A stretch of DNA of 64,000 nucleotides from Tubiluchus corallicola (lineage: Eukaryota; Animalia; Priapulida): positions 124,001 to 188,000 of the forward strand of contig JAQGDQ010000358.1 of assembly GCA_030141605.1 (NCBI GenBank), read 5' to 3'. The notes below the pieces were generated by a model. That model saw nothing but the letters and a program-made list of their open reading frames with translations. It had not been told where the DNA came from and made no database searches. Position 1 is the stretch's first letter; the number at the start of each line of letters is the position of its first letter. Made by a program: the position numbers and the translations under genes. Below are positions 1 to 12,927 of this stretch, piece after piece.

Positions 1-205
1 GATTTTCATCATTAAAGCGAGTCACTAAATAATGGATAATTAGGAGATGACTTACTTATATGACATGTAACACGACTGATAAAGTAAGTAGATACACCAA
101 CATGCCCAAAACAGACGAAGTAAAAAATGGGAAAAAGTTCATATTTATACTAAATGCACCTATAGATGATTTTTTGCCAGCAATAGTAGCACAGCAGTTT
201 CCCAC

Positions 206-1744
206 CTATAATTTTACACTGTAGTTCGCGGCAGGAAACATAAAAATTGTCTATCGCTGACTGGTAGCCATAATTGTATGAAGGTAACTTGGTTATGATA
301 AACAGTTTTTCCCGTGGTACACCACTTTTCTGCAACACAAAAATAACATCACAGTTAGGAAGAGCTTTACTAATGACAAACACGGCCCTCAGAAACAATA
401 ATCGAAATATAATGCTAACTTGTGTCTGATACAAGGTCCTGTAGGTTCCTGAAGATGCAATATGAAGCCTGACAACAATTATATCAGTTTCTATCACAGC
501 TTGTTGTAATACTGAAACTCGTTCCAGCTAAGGCTTTGGAACTACTTTGCAGTACAAAGAAAAGATTATATAAATGTAATAATAATGTATGTGTAAGGTA
601 TGTGATTAACACAGTTATTGGCAACTTACGGTGCATGTGAAAATGAACTGTCAAGTGTGATTCACACAGAAAGAAATCAACTGTCAGCTATTCGTTAAAT
701 TTTTTATAAGCTAGTCAGTTTTGATTTAATAATAGTTCTATCATATCATGTAAACCAAATAGCCCATAATATTATTATTTTCAATCCACCCCCTCAACTC
801 TGTAATTTCTTTAATTTTTCTGGACCTTTTTACCTATTCTTGCCTATTCTTGTCACAAAATAATTTTATAAATGTGGGTTACACCTGTAATGTTGTTGCT
901 ACATCTCTCTCTGTTCCATATTTCTGCGCTGTATCAATTAACCTGTATCCACATTCCTTTACAGCATAAATCATTGTGTCTACATCAACTCCACCTTGTT
1001 GGTATGTTGTTCCTGGAAAACAATAATTTTTTTAATGCATTATTACATAGCTGCACAGATACTTACTAATCAATTCTTTGAGATTCACTACACTTTTTAC
1101 AAAACTGATTAAGTAAATATGCAACAAGCTTATCATCAAAACAGTCATCGTCAACTAACATTGTAAATTCACTTCTAACCTCCAGCGAAACATTAGTTTT
1201 TACTAACTGCACTGACAAATAATATAAAATCCTTACACTGATAATGAATCAGTAGCATTTCTCTCACTAGAGTCTAATGCGAATCAAATTAAAAACCCAC
1301 TTTTAAATAATTATAATTTACATAAAAAATTATTATCCTGATCCTGTAAGTGCCATACAAATGTATAATAGTCTTGCTGAAGTTTCAATTACCAGCATTA
1401 GTTTTATAGCACGTATAATTATATAAAGGGTGTTCTGAAGAATCAGATCAGAGCTGGGCAACACTGACTGCTATAAACATAAAACATTTCTGTCAAGCTA
1501 GTATAATAAATGAAATTTTTTGGAAATAAACTACTACAACTTAGGCCTGCATTTGAGTCCCAATGGAAACACAAAACTTTTTCAAATTTTATAATTTAGT
1601 ATTGCATTTGTGCATTTTTAATTTATATGATTGCAATGCAACACAAGTGAAATTCAGTATTTCTCACTCACCCAATCCAAGTTTTGGTATTTTCACTCCA
1701 TTCGAGAGGACAAAATGTTCCACTGAAGAATCCAAGTCTATCAT
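206..1744 (-). CDS. Aldo-keto reductase (AKR) family protein, N-terminal three coding exons; gene continues beyond the left edge
   Basis: Exons 1744-1672 (MIDLDSSVEHFVLSNGVKIPKLGLG, gtgagt donor), 1012-885 (TTYQQGGVDVDTMIYAVKECGYRLIDTAQKYGTERDVATTLQ) and 329-206 (KSGVPREKLFIITKLPSYNYGYQ...). GT-AG boundaries and phases are consistent. AKR motifs LSNG..IP.LGLG, GYR.IDTA..Y and REKLFI.TK carry the catalytic Asp, Tyr and Lys; the His-containing exon lies outside the window. Confidence 0.93.
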
Positions 1745-2833
1745 GTTTAAAATAGGTTAAGGTAAGGCTGCACAGCTACAAAGTCGTTTCAAACATTGTT
1801 CAACCTGGTCGACTTGCAATGCATCTGAAAATGAAACTTACATTGCCATTAGCAGTCTGACATAATAGTAGTTATTTTTAAATGGCATTTACTTATAAAT
1901 TATAGCAGTTATGTATTTCACAAACTAAAAATTACAATTAAATCTTTTATTTTCAGCAAATCAGTTCATTATTGCTAAAGTGGACAAAATATTTAAATTT
2001 TGGCATTTATTGCCCTTATAAAAGTAAAAATTTAAAACATGTAGTAATAGGAGCATTGCTGCCATAGTAACACTATTTTTGTCAGAGTAATGTGATAGAA
2101 AGTCTCACTAACTGATAACACTGATATGTCTACAAAGATATCAGGCAGTCTGACAAAAGTCAAAAACGTCCAAATCCTTATTACTACATTAATTTAGCAC
2201 TGTGTTTAACATTACTTCTGCCAATTTTCATTCACTATTTCCTTGTTTGTTCTCTACTTGTAACTTGTAAATACTGGAAACTTGGCAAGTCTAATAAAAA
2301 TTCATAAAACCACATTAAATATTACAATTTACAACAATCATATGCTGGCGTATGTGAATGATGTTTTTGTAACAGCTGACAAATTAAGCTAAATTCTGAG
2401 CTACTTTGCCACATTAATCTTCATGCCATAATACAAACACTTCGTTTTACATGGAGCACATTTCTCAGTAATATTAAGAATGCTTAGCGAGTATTATCTC
2501 AACTGATGCAACTAGTTCTGTGCAAACCAAACTTGTCAGGAAAGCAAGTACAGTGATGGTACTAACAGACTAATTAATAGTAATTCACGAAAGAATGGAA
2601 TGTTAACTCTACTATGATGACTAACTGCTAATACTTCTACTAGTTAAGTTTCATAAAAAGCAAAAATAACATGCAAGACTTTGTCGATGGTTTCTTTTAA
2701 CCGTTTATTTATTATTGCCATGGCAGGCAAATTTATGTTAATTCATCAAAGAATTCAGTTTAACAGCAAAAAACCAAAAACGTTACACAAATGAACTCTG
2801 CCTAAATTTGACAAACATCCTTATTTCATCTTT

Positions 2834-3056
2834 TAAACCTACGTAACTATGTACAGTCATCTACAATTTAATAATATAGTTTCAGAAATATGTACAACAA
2901 CTTACAATATTATTATTTGCCAAATCAAAAATACAGTCATATAAATAAACCTACGTAACTATGTACAGTCATCTACAATTTAATAATATAGTTTCAGAAA
3001 TATGTACAACAACTTACAATATTATTATTTGCCAAATCAAAAATACAGTCATATAA
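2834..3056. repeat. Tandem duplication, 2 x about 112 bp
   Basis: taaacctacgtaactatgtacagtcatc...aatacagtcatataa occurs at 2834 and again at 2946, essentially identical. Confidence 0.95.
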
Positions 3057-3320
3057 TTAGTTTATTTATCCTTAACAGAATAACTGTCCAATGAAACCGT
3101 AGACTACAAATTAGACACATGCAGACATTTGTAGCATTTTCTCTAATCACAAATCACAAAAATTTGGCATGCATCATAACATAGTGACATGTCAATAATA
3201 AAAACACACAAAACTAATAATTAGTAACAATGGCTAAGCCTAACCAATAATCATAAACTAAAAATAATAATTATGCCAGCTAGAAGTGTTTAAAAAACGA
3301 TTTTCATTCAAATATCACAG

Positions 3321-3603
3321 CACAGTAGCTTAAAAGGCCTACAAGAAAGTGCGCATTTAACTAAAACACAATACAACTATTAATATATTACAAATATTTC
3401 AGGCCCAGTAAAATACAGCAGCCTAAAGGCCTACAGGAAATATTTAGGCATTTAACTAAAATACAATTCGTATATTAATATATTACAGCTACTTCAAGGC
3501 CAGATAGTACAGTAGCCTAAAAGACCTACAAGGAAATATTTACTAATTTAAGTAAAACACTCATTTGGAATGTTAATATATTACGACTGTTTCAGTCCCA
3601 GTT
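3321..3603. repeat. Diverged minisatellite, 3 x about 95 bp
   Basis: Three copies of acagtagcctaaaggcctacaggaaa...atttaactaaaa...taatatattaca...ttcaggcccag. Confidence 0.85.
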
Positions 3604-3842
3604 ATCGCAGAACTTATCACTTAATGTATAACAACCACACATCTTATACAATCATAATGCCATAATGGTTTATATCTAAGTCTAAAATATAATTTTTCCT
3701 TTACATCACAAGGCAGGTGTCTAACTATCAAACTATATATTTAGGAATTTAATTAACAAGACAACATGATTATGGCAACTGTTTTGAAACCTCATTGTGG
3801 TATATAATGTAAGAGAACAGAAAGTGGTCAACTGGAGCTCAC

Positions 3843-3885
3843 CTAACAGAAGCAACAACCACCAGCCCGACCCAGAGACCATCAA
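3843..3885 (-). other. Candidate 43-nt upstream (5' UTR/uORF) exon of the AKR transcript
   Basis: GC-rich island flanked on the minus strand by the acceptor tttattacag and the donor TAG|gtgagc. It could splice to the acceptor ttcattttcag ahead of position 1824, 80 nt before the AKR ATG. Confidence 0.55.
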
Positions 3886-6370
3886 CTGTAATAAATAAAT
3901 TTACTTTAACATTATCTGTCTTTTTCAGTATTACATTCTTTAAACCTTGTGCTTGCTACATGAACCTTTGCTCTTCGTATAATAGTTCAATTGCAAAAAG
4001 GTCATTCAAAAAATGAACAAAAGACATAACTCTGAAAAAGTTTGTTGGTCACAGTTACGCAAAGATTTCATACTGTACTTCAGCAGTATAAGTAAAGCAC
4101 TATTTAGTAACCTGACTTCAAGCAGAAAATTCTAGCCTGGCGAATTCCCACCGTAGCACGAGCACTAGCTAGCATGAGTTGTGACCTCTCGAGGTGAGCA
4201 TCAAACTAATGAGGTCCCGAGAAAATCTTATCTCAAGTGGACTACACATTAAAACTAACTTAAAGAACATAATTTATATACAATAATATTTTGTTAACAA
4301 TAGATTCCTATTGATTAAAGTAAAAACACTCAAAACTTACATTCTGTACAACTATAACAGTGCACAGCCAATAGAAAAGGCAGTAAAATATTTATTCTAG
4401 TTAACAAATTAACTATAACAATGGTATCAAAATTATGTTTCTCGACAGCAAACAATAAAAACGAAAAAACACATCACCTAAACACAATTAAATAATTTGA
4501 GAATTTTTATCCATAACCCACCTTATTATTAATGTAACACATATTAAGCTGAAACTTGGACATAGCACTAAATGCAGTTTAAGTCATCTAAACTAAAAGT
4601 TTATATACCTAGTACAATACGATAAGTTCTCTGATCACAATAGATAGATTTATCTAACCAAGAAAATTTACAATACAAGCAGGCTAAACATTTTTAGATC
4701 CAAGATATCTGAGAGGTAGGTAAAACTTTACAGTTATATTTAATAAACAAAGTAACATAAAACTAAGCATAAATACATCAAATCTAGGTAATGCTTATGA
4801 GTAAAATTTCTACTTCCAAAATAACAAGAGCATTTGAGAATGAGAGACAAAGTCAATTGTCTATTGCCCTGCACAGACACTGCTGTGGCAATTTAAGCAT
4901 TAACAATGTGGGGAATTCAATTTGTGGCAAGATTTAACCATGGTCCATCTCACAAACAAACGTATGCAACTCTCTTTCATCAGTCAACAGTTGACACTGC
5001 AAAAGAAAAATCTCATATCACTTATCATGTATCAAAACTCAAAAGATAAAGATGAAGCCAACATCCAAGTAAAGACAATCTGTCAATTATGGTTAGTATA
5101 ACCCCACTTATATTGTTATTACCTACATAAGTTAGTTAAATAAATAATACTTATTGTTACTTACAGATAGGTGATTGAAATGCCAGAAAAGCAGCATATA
5201 GCCACAATCTAAATGCTAAAGAGACTCAGGAAACAGTTAAAAAGTAATGATAAGATCAGAAAATATAAAGAATAAGTATACAGTAAACAATGCAAATTCT
5301 ATCAAAACAAACAACAAACATCGCATAGCAGGTGTGTGACTTCGCTTAGAACTGCATCATGTGCGCATTTGCATGCACGCAAAGGTGACTTTCAATCGTC
5401 ATTTTTTACTAATTTGTATTTAGACATATAAAAAGTGTTTGTATCTATAAATAAGGTTTAGTTAAACCACACAATAACAAAAAATGTTCCTAATCAGTTT
5501 TATTTAAATATCAGCCAAAAAATTAAAATCAGCACTAAAATATAGTAGTTAACAGTGGTACAACTCTACCATTTAGTTTACCTTTTCCAATGTCTAAGTT
5601 AACATAGTTGTCAAAAGTCAATATATTGTCAAATTTTAAGTTTGCCAAAACCACAACTCTATCTCCCTTAAAAATGAGTGATTTTCTGAACAGATCTTGT
5701 CATATTTACATAAATAAGTAACTGGAACGCAGACAAGTTACCATTCTTCAATGGTAAGTCACATTAGGACAAACAAGATTATACCAGTGATCAGACATGC
5801 CAACTGTAGACCGTTTCAGAAAAACTATATGTCTTATAATAAAAAACATCAGTTACCACTTACAAGCCACATTTTTTAACAAGACATACATTTATGTAAA
5901 GGTATGTTAATGCAGGTAATATCTCTAAGGAAAGGCTGGTTTGTCATGATGTCAAATTTCTGAAGGCGTTAATTGGATAAAGCTATATAAGTTACTACGC
6001 TAACTACGCTAACGTAAAGATAACGCTATACAAGTAACCTGCAACATGAAGTAAAAACACCCTAGTAAGCCTTTGATATATATAAATTATAACAACACAT
6101 CTTGCAATTAATTTTTTGTTGTTCATATCATGTGTTACATATGCACAATTACACCAACTTGAAGTTTTGAGAGCAAACATAAAAAAGTAAAGCAAGTGAA
6201 GATGCTATGTAATAAAATATTAGAAATTCTGATCAAAAGGAATGACTAAAATATGGAAAATAAAATAATTAACTACACTATATCAGCTAAAGCACATGCC
6301 ATTAACACTCAACTCAAATTAAAGTGCTGGCTTGCTGGCTAGTAGGCCAGTAAATAAATTATTAAAAAAT

Positions 6371-7924
6371 TCAAGCGTTAGATTCATCAAATGAAGAATA
6401 GTTTATCTCAACAGAATCACTGATAATGGCTCTAATTTCGGTACCTGGTTCATTGATACTTGCAGATGCGAAATCAATAGAAGCTATCACATCTGCGTCT
6501 GGTTCATTCTCCGCTTCTTTCATAACTTTATATGTTGGTTCACCTTTCATTTGGTATCCCACCCAAGCTGCTAGTAATGCATTAAACAATGCTACAGCGG
6601 CTAGAAGAACAAAACAAAAGCCAGCCCAAAATGTCAAAGTCTTAGGATATAGGTTGTTAATAACCAAAGTAGCTATAACTGGAGCCAAAGCTTCTAAAGA
6701 AGCCACAAATGCATACATTTTACCCTGTTCATCAGGTGAAACCAGTTTTGATAAGGCTGAACGAATTCCAGGTCCACTCATTGAAGATGGAAACATTAGT
6801 ACAATTGCTATAAATGGCATCCAGTCAGACATTGTGAATGCTAACATTGTCAAGCTCAACATACGAGCAAGGTTACTGATGATCACTAGTGTAAGGTCGG
6901 ACAACTTGAAGATAATCTTACATATCGGTAAAATTATTAGTAAACCCAAAAATAGTACCACAGCCTGAGCAGCCATGAAGTAACCATACACTGTGGATGA
7001 CCAGCCTAATGTCTTCTTCATGAACAGAAAACTAAAATCACTTGTGCCTGTCAATATCAGCATTACCATAAACATCATCAAATTCAGCAAAATTATATAA
7101 CTACGATGGTTGTATTCGCGTTTTTTAAATGTTGTTTTCAAACAGTCAATAGGATGTTCTATATTACACATCTTTTTGATACCAGTCTTTTGCATGCTGT
7201 TAACGCCACTTGTATCTGTTTCTTTTTCCTTTTCCTTTATTCTAACGGCAGCATAAAGCCCACAACAAACATACACTCCAGCTATTATCATAAACACTAC
7301 ATGAAAATCTGAGGCATCCAGAATAAGGCCTCCAGACACAGATCCTATGGTAGCACCAATACCAATCATAGATTCCACAATAGCAATACGTATGGTTCGT
7401 GATTTTATCTCCGTAATGTCTGAAAGATAGCTAAACACTGCCATGAGCATAGTGGCAAATTCTCCGCACAAACCAGATAGAAATGTTCCTATCAGTATAT
7501 AACCAATGGATGCTTCAGGATAATATGTAATTATAATAATCACAGATGTAGATAAAATATTTCCAATGCAAGGTAAAACCAAAGCGAACTTACGTCCGAA
7601 CGTATCTGTCCACGAACCCATAAAAATTGCCACAGGTATAGACGGAATTGTTCTGGCAACATTAAAATACATTATCCAATAAGAAGCTTCCGTCTGAACT
7701 ATATTGGTTAAATTTTGTGTATCATTTCGATCGTACTTATTCGGATTTACAACTATGTCACATAGTGTCTCATTATAATGAAATTCATGCAGACAGGTTT
7801 TAGTGTACACGAGTGCTTGGAATACAGGAACGTGTAAAAAAGTTGCCATCATGTACAAAAACAGAAATGGCTCTACCGTAACAAATGACAAGTAGTGAAG
7901 CAGGTCCACCATCGCAAATGCCAT
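6371..7924 (-). CDS. SLC46-family MFS transporter (PCFT/SLC46A3-like), intronless CDS, about 517 aa
   Basis: Uninterrupted ORF; first ATG at 7924 (the ORF track starts at an upstream TTG). About 12 hydrophobic segments. SLC46 hallmarks TVEPFLFLY, a Cys/N-glycosylated first loop, GSWTDTFGRK, FSYLSDIT, RTIRIAIVES and IRSALSKLVSPDEQGK. The C-terminal YSSF fits a YxxPhi sorting motif. Confidence 0.93.
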   Translation of the reverse strand: MAFAMVDLLHYLSFVTVEPFLFLYMMATFLHVPVFQALVYTKTCLHEFHYNETLCDIVVNPNKYDRNDTQNLTNIVQTEASYWIMYFNVARTIPSIPVAIFMGSWTDTFGRKFALVLPCIGNILSTSVIIIITYYPEASIGYILIGTFLSGLCGEFATMLMAVFSYLSDITEIKSRTIRIAIVESMIGIGATIGSVSGGLILDASDFHVVFMIIAGVYVCCGLYAAVRIKEKEKETDTSGVNSMQKTGIKKMCNIEHPIDCLKTTFKKREYNHRSYIILLNLMMFMVMLILTGTSDFSFLFMKKTLGWSSTVYGYFMAAQAVVLFLGLLIILPICKIIFKLSDLTLVIISNLARMLSLTMLAFTMSDWMPFIAIVLMFPSSMSGPGIRSALSKLVSPDEQGKMYAFVASLEALAPVIATLVINNLYPKTLTFWAGFCFVLLAAVALFNALLAAWVGYQMKGEPTYKVMKEAENEPDADVIASIDFASASINEPGTEIRAIISDSVEINYSSFDESNA

Positions 7925-8762
7925 GCTTCTAAATTCAACGTTTATGTGGACTTGAGCAAACAATGACTAGAGGTGGACTCTATTTGTTAGCAAAGTACTT
8001 TGAGGATTTCCTCAAATGGCAGCTGCATAATGGCTTCACAAATCATAACCATGTGTTTAATGCAGTAACAAGCTTTGTAAGACTAAACTGTCCACTTTGA
8101 ATTTGCTGAAAAACAAATATGAATAAATATATCAATTAATTAGGTAATGCACAGACTGGACGGCTACATCCCATATTACAATTGGAAGTTTAAATAGCCA
8201 AACTACTTAGAAATGATAAATAAAGGTGCAAGTATTGCTTCTATATGTATATTGAAACAGTATAAAAGTTCAATGCTACACACTGCTACTTCCAACAGTC
8301 ATTTACACTAATACACAAATATTTGAATAAGTTTTAATTAATTTACATCTACTGTGTATAAAATTATGCTCATTGTCCCTTAAATTTACAGTAGGTAATA
8401 ATAATAATTGATACCCTTATCGTACATGATTAACTCAAGTGACGATGATTTATGCAGTGCAACCCACTACTGCCGAAATTTCCTGTTTACAGTTCTTTGG
8501 TAACAAATACTTAATACCATTGCACTTAAAGATAACAACAAAATTGCCAACTTTGACCACATATAATTCCACTCCCACAGCATAACACAACACCACACCC
8601 ATAATACAATACAATCTCACAGCATAATATGAAAATTATCCTAAATGCTTAGGATAATAGTTGCTTATAACAGATGCAAAATTTATGATAAGTTTTAATA
8701 TGAATTTAGCAACACATTGCTAGTATAGGTAGAAACAAGACATCAAATGTTTTTAAACATAC

Positions 8763-8993
8763 CTTGAGTATTTTTTTCTTTTCCCAACCATTAATAAGTG
8801 TTTGTGCAATCTGTACTAGCAGTTTGTGTACAGGTTTTTTATAACTCTGCAGCAGGTAGCACTAATTGCCAAAACACACTCACTGCAAACTACCAAACCA
8901 GTCAATCCTGCTTCAAGGTCATTAAAAACAGGAGCTCAGCCTGTAATATGTTATGCAAACAATGCCTGGGCATCAATCACTGATAAATCATAA
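8763..8993 (-). other. Candidate non-coding 5' exon upstream of SLC46 (possibly shared with AKR)
   Basis: Donor AAG|gtatgt at 8762; acceptors tttacag (exon from 8993) or attacag (exon from 8940); downstream acceptor gtttttcag ahead of 8105, which precedes the SLC46 ATG. Confidence 0.45.
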
Positions 8994-11159
8994 CTGTAAA
9001 TATAGACTTTGTAGTTTCTTAGGTTAAATGCGCAGACAATTTGATGTCAAAGTTCACGTACATAATTTAATGTGTAAAAACATACTATACTTAAAGCTTT
9101 GATTCTTTTGACTAAAGCCCTAGAATCTAAGTAGCTCCATCAAAACCTGACAACAACAAAATAAAATAAAGCAAAATTCTCAAATAAAAAAGAAAATTTA
9201 CAAACTAGCTAAGTTTTACATTTGTCTTCGATAGTAAAGGGTATTTCTTTCTCAAAGAGGTGTAGAATTTTCTACACTTTTGAAACTATGGTGTGATCAC
9301 ATAAATCGAGAAGACTTGAATATGGAAAAAACACATTATTAAAAACTATTTAGGTATACATACAATTACAGCAACAGAGGAAACTAAAGAGAAACATGAC
9401 ATAGCTGCTGAACCAATCAAACTTGCAAAACTGATTAAAATGTCAGAAAGGATTTATGAAGAATTTGCACAAAGAAATTAATAACAAAAAATTAACCTAA
9501 AATTTATAAGAAACATATATCTTACTTGCTGCTATGATAAACAAAACTGCTAAACCGCTAGTCCAAAAAGCATTTTAAAGCATGTTCAAACTCCTCATGA
9601 AGAAAGTATTGGTATATCTAGTAGTACATGTAGCAAAAATTAACTACCCGAATCTGAATGTTAAACTACCAATAAATAAATGCTACCAGTGCAGTAATGA
9701 ATGTAGCGAAACACAAACAAAAATTACTTAGAAATTTAAATGTTGTAAGTAAGCAATTAAACTCAGTTAGAAAACACGGATTATGTAAATAGTAAAATTA
9801 CAAAATATGACTAAGGAAAATTAAGTAGACAAATAATTGGTCACTGCATATACAAAAAAATTAAGCTGTAGTTAATGCTTACTTCAGTACTTAAGCTTAT
9901 ATTCCTACCTCAATTATGCAAGTATGAGCAACATACTGTAAAAAAAATTATGGAATCTCAAAAAGAGAAATTAAAAAAAGATAAAAGATAAAAAATTTCT
10001 AGTTTTTTTTATTATCCACAGGTTGTACAGCTGCAGGTTTTTTGGCATCCTGCAAGCCAACCTCAGTTAATTAATTACACAAGCACATTAGGAAATCCAT
10101 CAAGGAAAATACCAGTTCATAATAAACCTATTAATTCTCAAATATGCTTTGCATTGCTGGCCTTTCAATTTCTATTAATTATTGATGCTTTAGTTAACGT
10201 AACTGGTGCCTAATAAAGCTGTTTTTCTTGGAAATTTGTTTTGCATAGTATGCCTCTCAATAAGCATGAATTATTGTTGTTCAATTCAATGTAACTGGTG
10301 TCTAGTTTCCAGTGAAACAGCATGTCTGACTCTGACTGTTTGCAGTAAACCAGTATCTTTCATTTTAATATTAGTTATTACAATTTTCAAAGACATATGA
10401 TCTAATAAAAACGATTTTTACTATTTTGTAGCCCTTACATGCACTTGAGCAGATCACCTGCAAGACTTTGTGGATATACTACATTATTCTCCAATTTTGC
10501 TATATCTGCACAATTTCTATTCATTCAGCTTTTTGTGTTCACTTGTTGATGCATGGACATACAGGCTAATGATTATTTAAACTAGGATACTACAATTATT
10601 GTCTAATTATCAATTTCTTTCATTAGCCTGCTCACAGAATGAGTAGCCAGGCTTAAGGGTGGCTGAACCAACCACAATGACAGCCCAAGCATTGGAGAAC
10701 AGTTGTAACCCTAACCCACGATAAGAAATTTGTATGGACGACAAGACTGTGACAACCTACGTTACTGGCAAAAACAAGAAAAAAACTGGTGCTCGACAGT
10801 TAAACAGAGATCCATTATACAGGTGTTACTTCGTTGCTCATGGTAGGGACTTGAAAGAGGAATGACAAATTGGCAAGGTGACGCAGCAGAAAAAGTTAAG
10901 TTCGTTGTTATCCGGAGACAATGAAAAGTGTGTTAAAAAATTTCTCTACCAGGTCATGAAATTGAGAAAATTTATAGTATACTATTTAATGCCACTTACT
11001 GTGACTTAGATCAACAGAGATGTGCACACTTATAGCCAAGCGATACCCATTTTGGCAGTCTACCCCATAATAAGAGTTAGAGGCATTGAACCTGAACATA
11101 GTAACAGAAATCTAAACATTAACATGCATAATTATTAACTAATAATAATTATTATTAAC

Positions 11160-11428
11160 TAACAAACCGTCAAATCGCTCCATAATCCAAACGGCACGCC
11201 AAATGTAGAAATGCTATTTTTGGCAATAAAGTTATCCTTTACAGCACTCACCTCCTTATGTAACTGTGATTTTAGTATCAGTATGCCATACTTAACATTT
11301 GTCTATGAAAATAACTTTGCACACAGCCTACTATGATTTTTTTTCGGTTTATGTAGTATTTAACGTGTATTGCTTTGCCAATGTACATTGTATGTATTTG
11401 TGCAAATAAAACTGAATTGAATTGAATT
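11160..11428 (+). mobile_element. LINE 3' end remnant (CR1/L2-like) with (TTGAA)n tail
   Basis: T-rich 3' UTR-like tract ending gcaaataaaactgaattgaattgaatt, typical of the short-repeat tails of L2/CR1-type LINEs. Confidence 0.45.
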
Positions 11429-11569
11429 TCTGCGTGTGCAGTGCTATAATACAGCTCTGAAACTTCGTCTGGTCAAATTGACAGCAAGTGAATGAGAGAA
11501 ATCTGAAATCTTTCAAGCAAGTGTCTTAAAAATCTTATTGATCTTAGCAAATGAATACTATTTTAGGGA

Positions 11570-12240
11570 TTAATAACTGAATTAGGCATATGGCTACTAA
11601 AACATAAAATAAACTATAAGAAACTGATGTTTTATAGGAGTTTACTGATTACTAAACCAAAGAGATTATCATCACTGCATCAGAGGTACTAGAAGTGCAA
11701 ATAAAATGCACATGAGTAGTCGTGGTACAATGAAGTAGTTGAGGCTGCAAGAACTAACATAGCTGCTGATAAGGAAAAGGTGAAGATGATGAAGAAGTTT
11801 GAATGGAAAAACAAATAAAGAGTAAGACAGGAAGCTTTGTGAAGAATGAATGTGCAGAAAAATGCAAGAACAGTACTAAATTAAGATTTCTAAAACACAC
11901 TGAATGAAAACGACAAAGTTACATAGACACACATGGAAGCCAGAAGAGGCTAAAAATATATTAAAAATAAGGCTGAATATGATAAAAGTTAAAGGAAACT
12001 ACAAGTATGAGTTCATGCTAGTACCAATTATTAGGCCCAGTGTGTAAGGAAGAAGATGATACTACAGAACATTTGCTTAAATTTAGCAGATAAGGAGAAT
12101 GGAAGAAAAAAATGAAAACAGATATATTATTCAAAAGCGAAAATGCGTGATTGTTAGAATTAAGTCAGAAATCTAGTGAATGAATTTTATGGAATATACA
12201 GGATAAAGACAAATAAACACATTAAAGTGGGAAAATACAA
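11570..12240 (+). mobile_element. Decayed non-LTR retrotransposon, ORF2 C-terminal fragment
   Basis: Purine-rich, frameshifted sequence translating to MIKVKGNYKYE...LLGPVCKEEDDTTEHLLKF, resembling the C-terminal CCHC knuckle of LINE ORF2. Confidence 0.55.
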
Positions 12241-12927
12241 AATATCGCTTTTGGTCGGTTTTGTTTTCTTTATTTGAACGGGCTGTAAATGGGATTCAGT
12301 TTGAAACTGCAGGTTATTGGTAACTGTTATTAATTTATGATCGTCCTTAATTATGGGTATTTATTTCTTTTGTTGTATTTACAGAACAGCCAGCATAATT
12401 ATGGCCCATTTATACATAATGGGAAACTGAGTGATTTCCCACTGTTAATTGGTCTATGTTATCTTTCAAATGGCACCATTTATACATAATGTGAGAAACC
12501 GTGTGGCCAAATAATCGACCTCGCAGACTGCTCTCTGAGCAATTTTTTTACAGTAACCACACAGTTTTCTCGTAAGCAACCAATAAGAAGTGGGCTTTGT
12601 TAATACTTGATCAGCAAAGGTGCTGCATTACCAGAAACAAAGAGATCAGTGTTAAACACATGTTTATGAAGTGCACACTGCCCAATTGCTGATAAAACTG
12701 AAACAGTAATTAGAAGTGCAAGAGAATCCAATAGTACATTATGAAAGCCTAACTGAGTGCAAAGATAGCACAAGAAACAACTTTTTACTAAACAATATTT
12801 CTGTTTATCTATGCTAAGATTCGTTCACGAGAAATCGAGTGGGAATCCGCCCTATATAGTTTAGGAAATTTCGATTTCCTTATGATGGTGTATAATAAAA
12901 ACGGCTATAATTTCGAATTTCACTAAC

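Noticed and set aside
2834-3603. CRISPR-like array
   Set aside because: Units are whole tandem duplications with no unique spacers, in a eukaryotic context with no cas genes.
4341-4351. Possible minus-strand microexon (cag AAT gtaagt, or an 11-nt variant)
   Set aside because: Splice-like signals of this length occur by chance in AT-rich DNA, and no coding context requires it.
6426-6968. 180-aa plus-strand ORF
   Set aside because: Antisense shadow of the SLC46 coding sequence with no recognisable motif.
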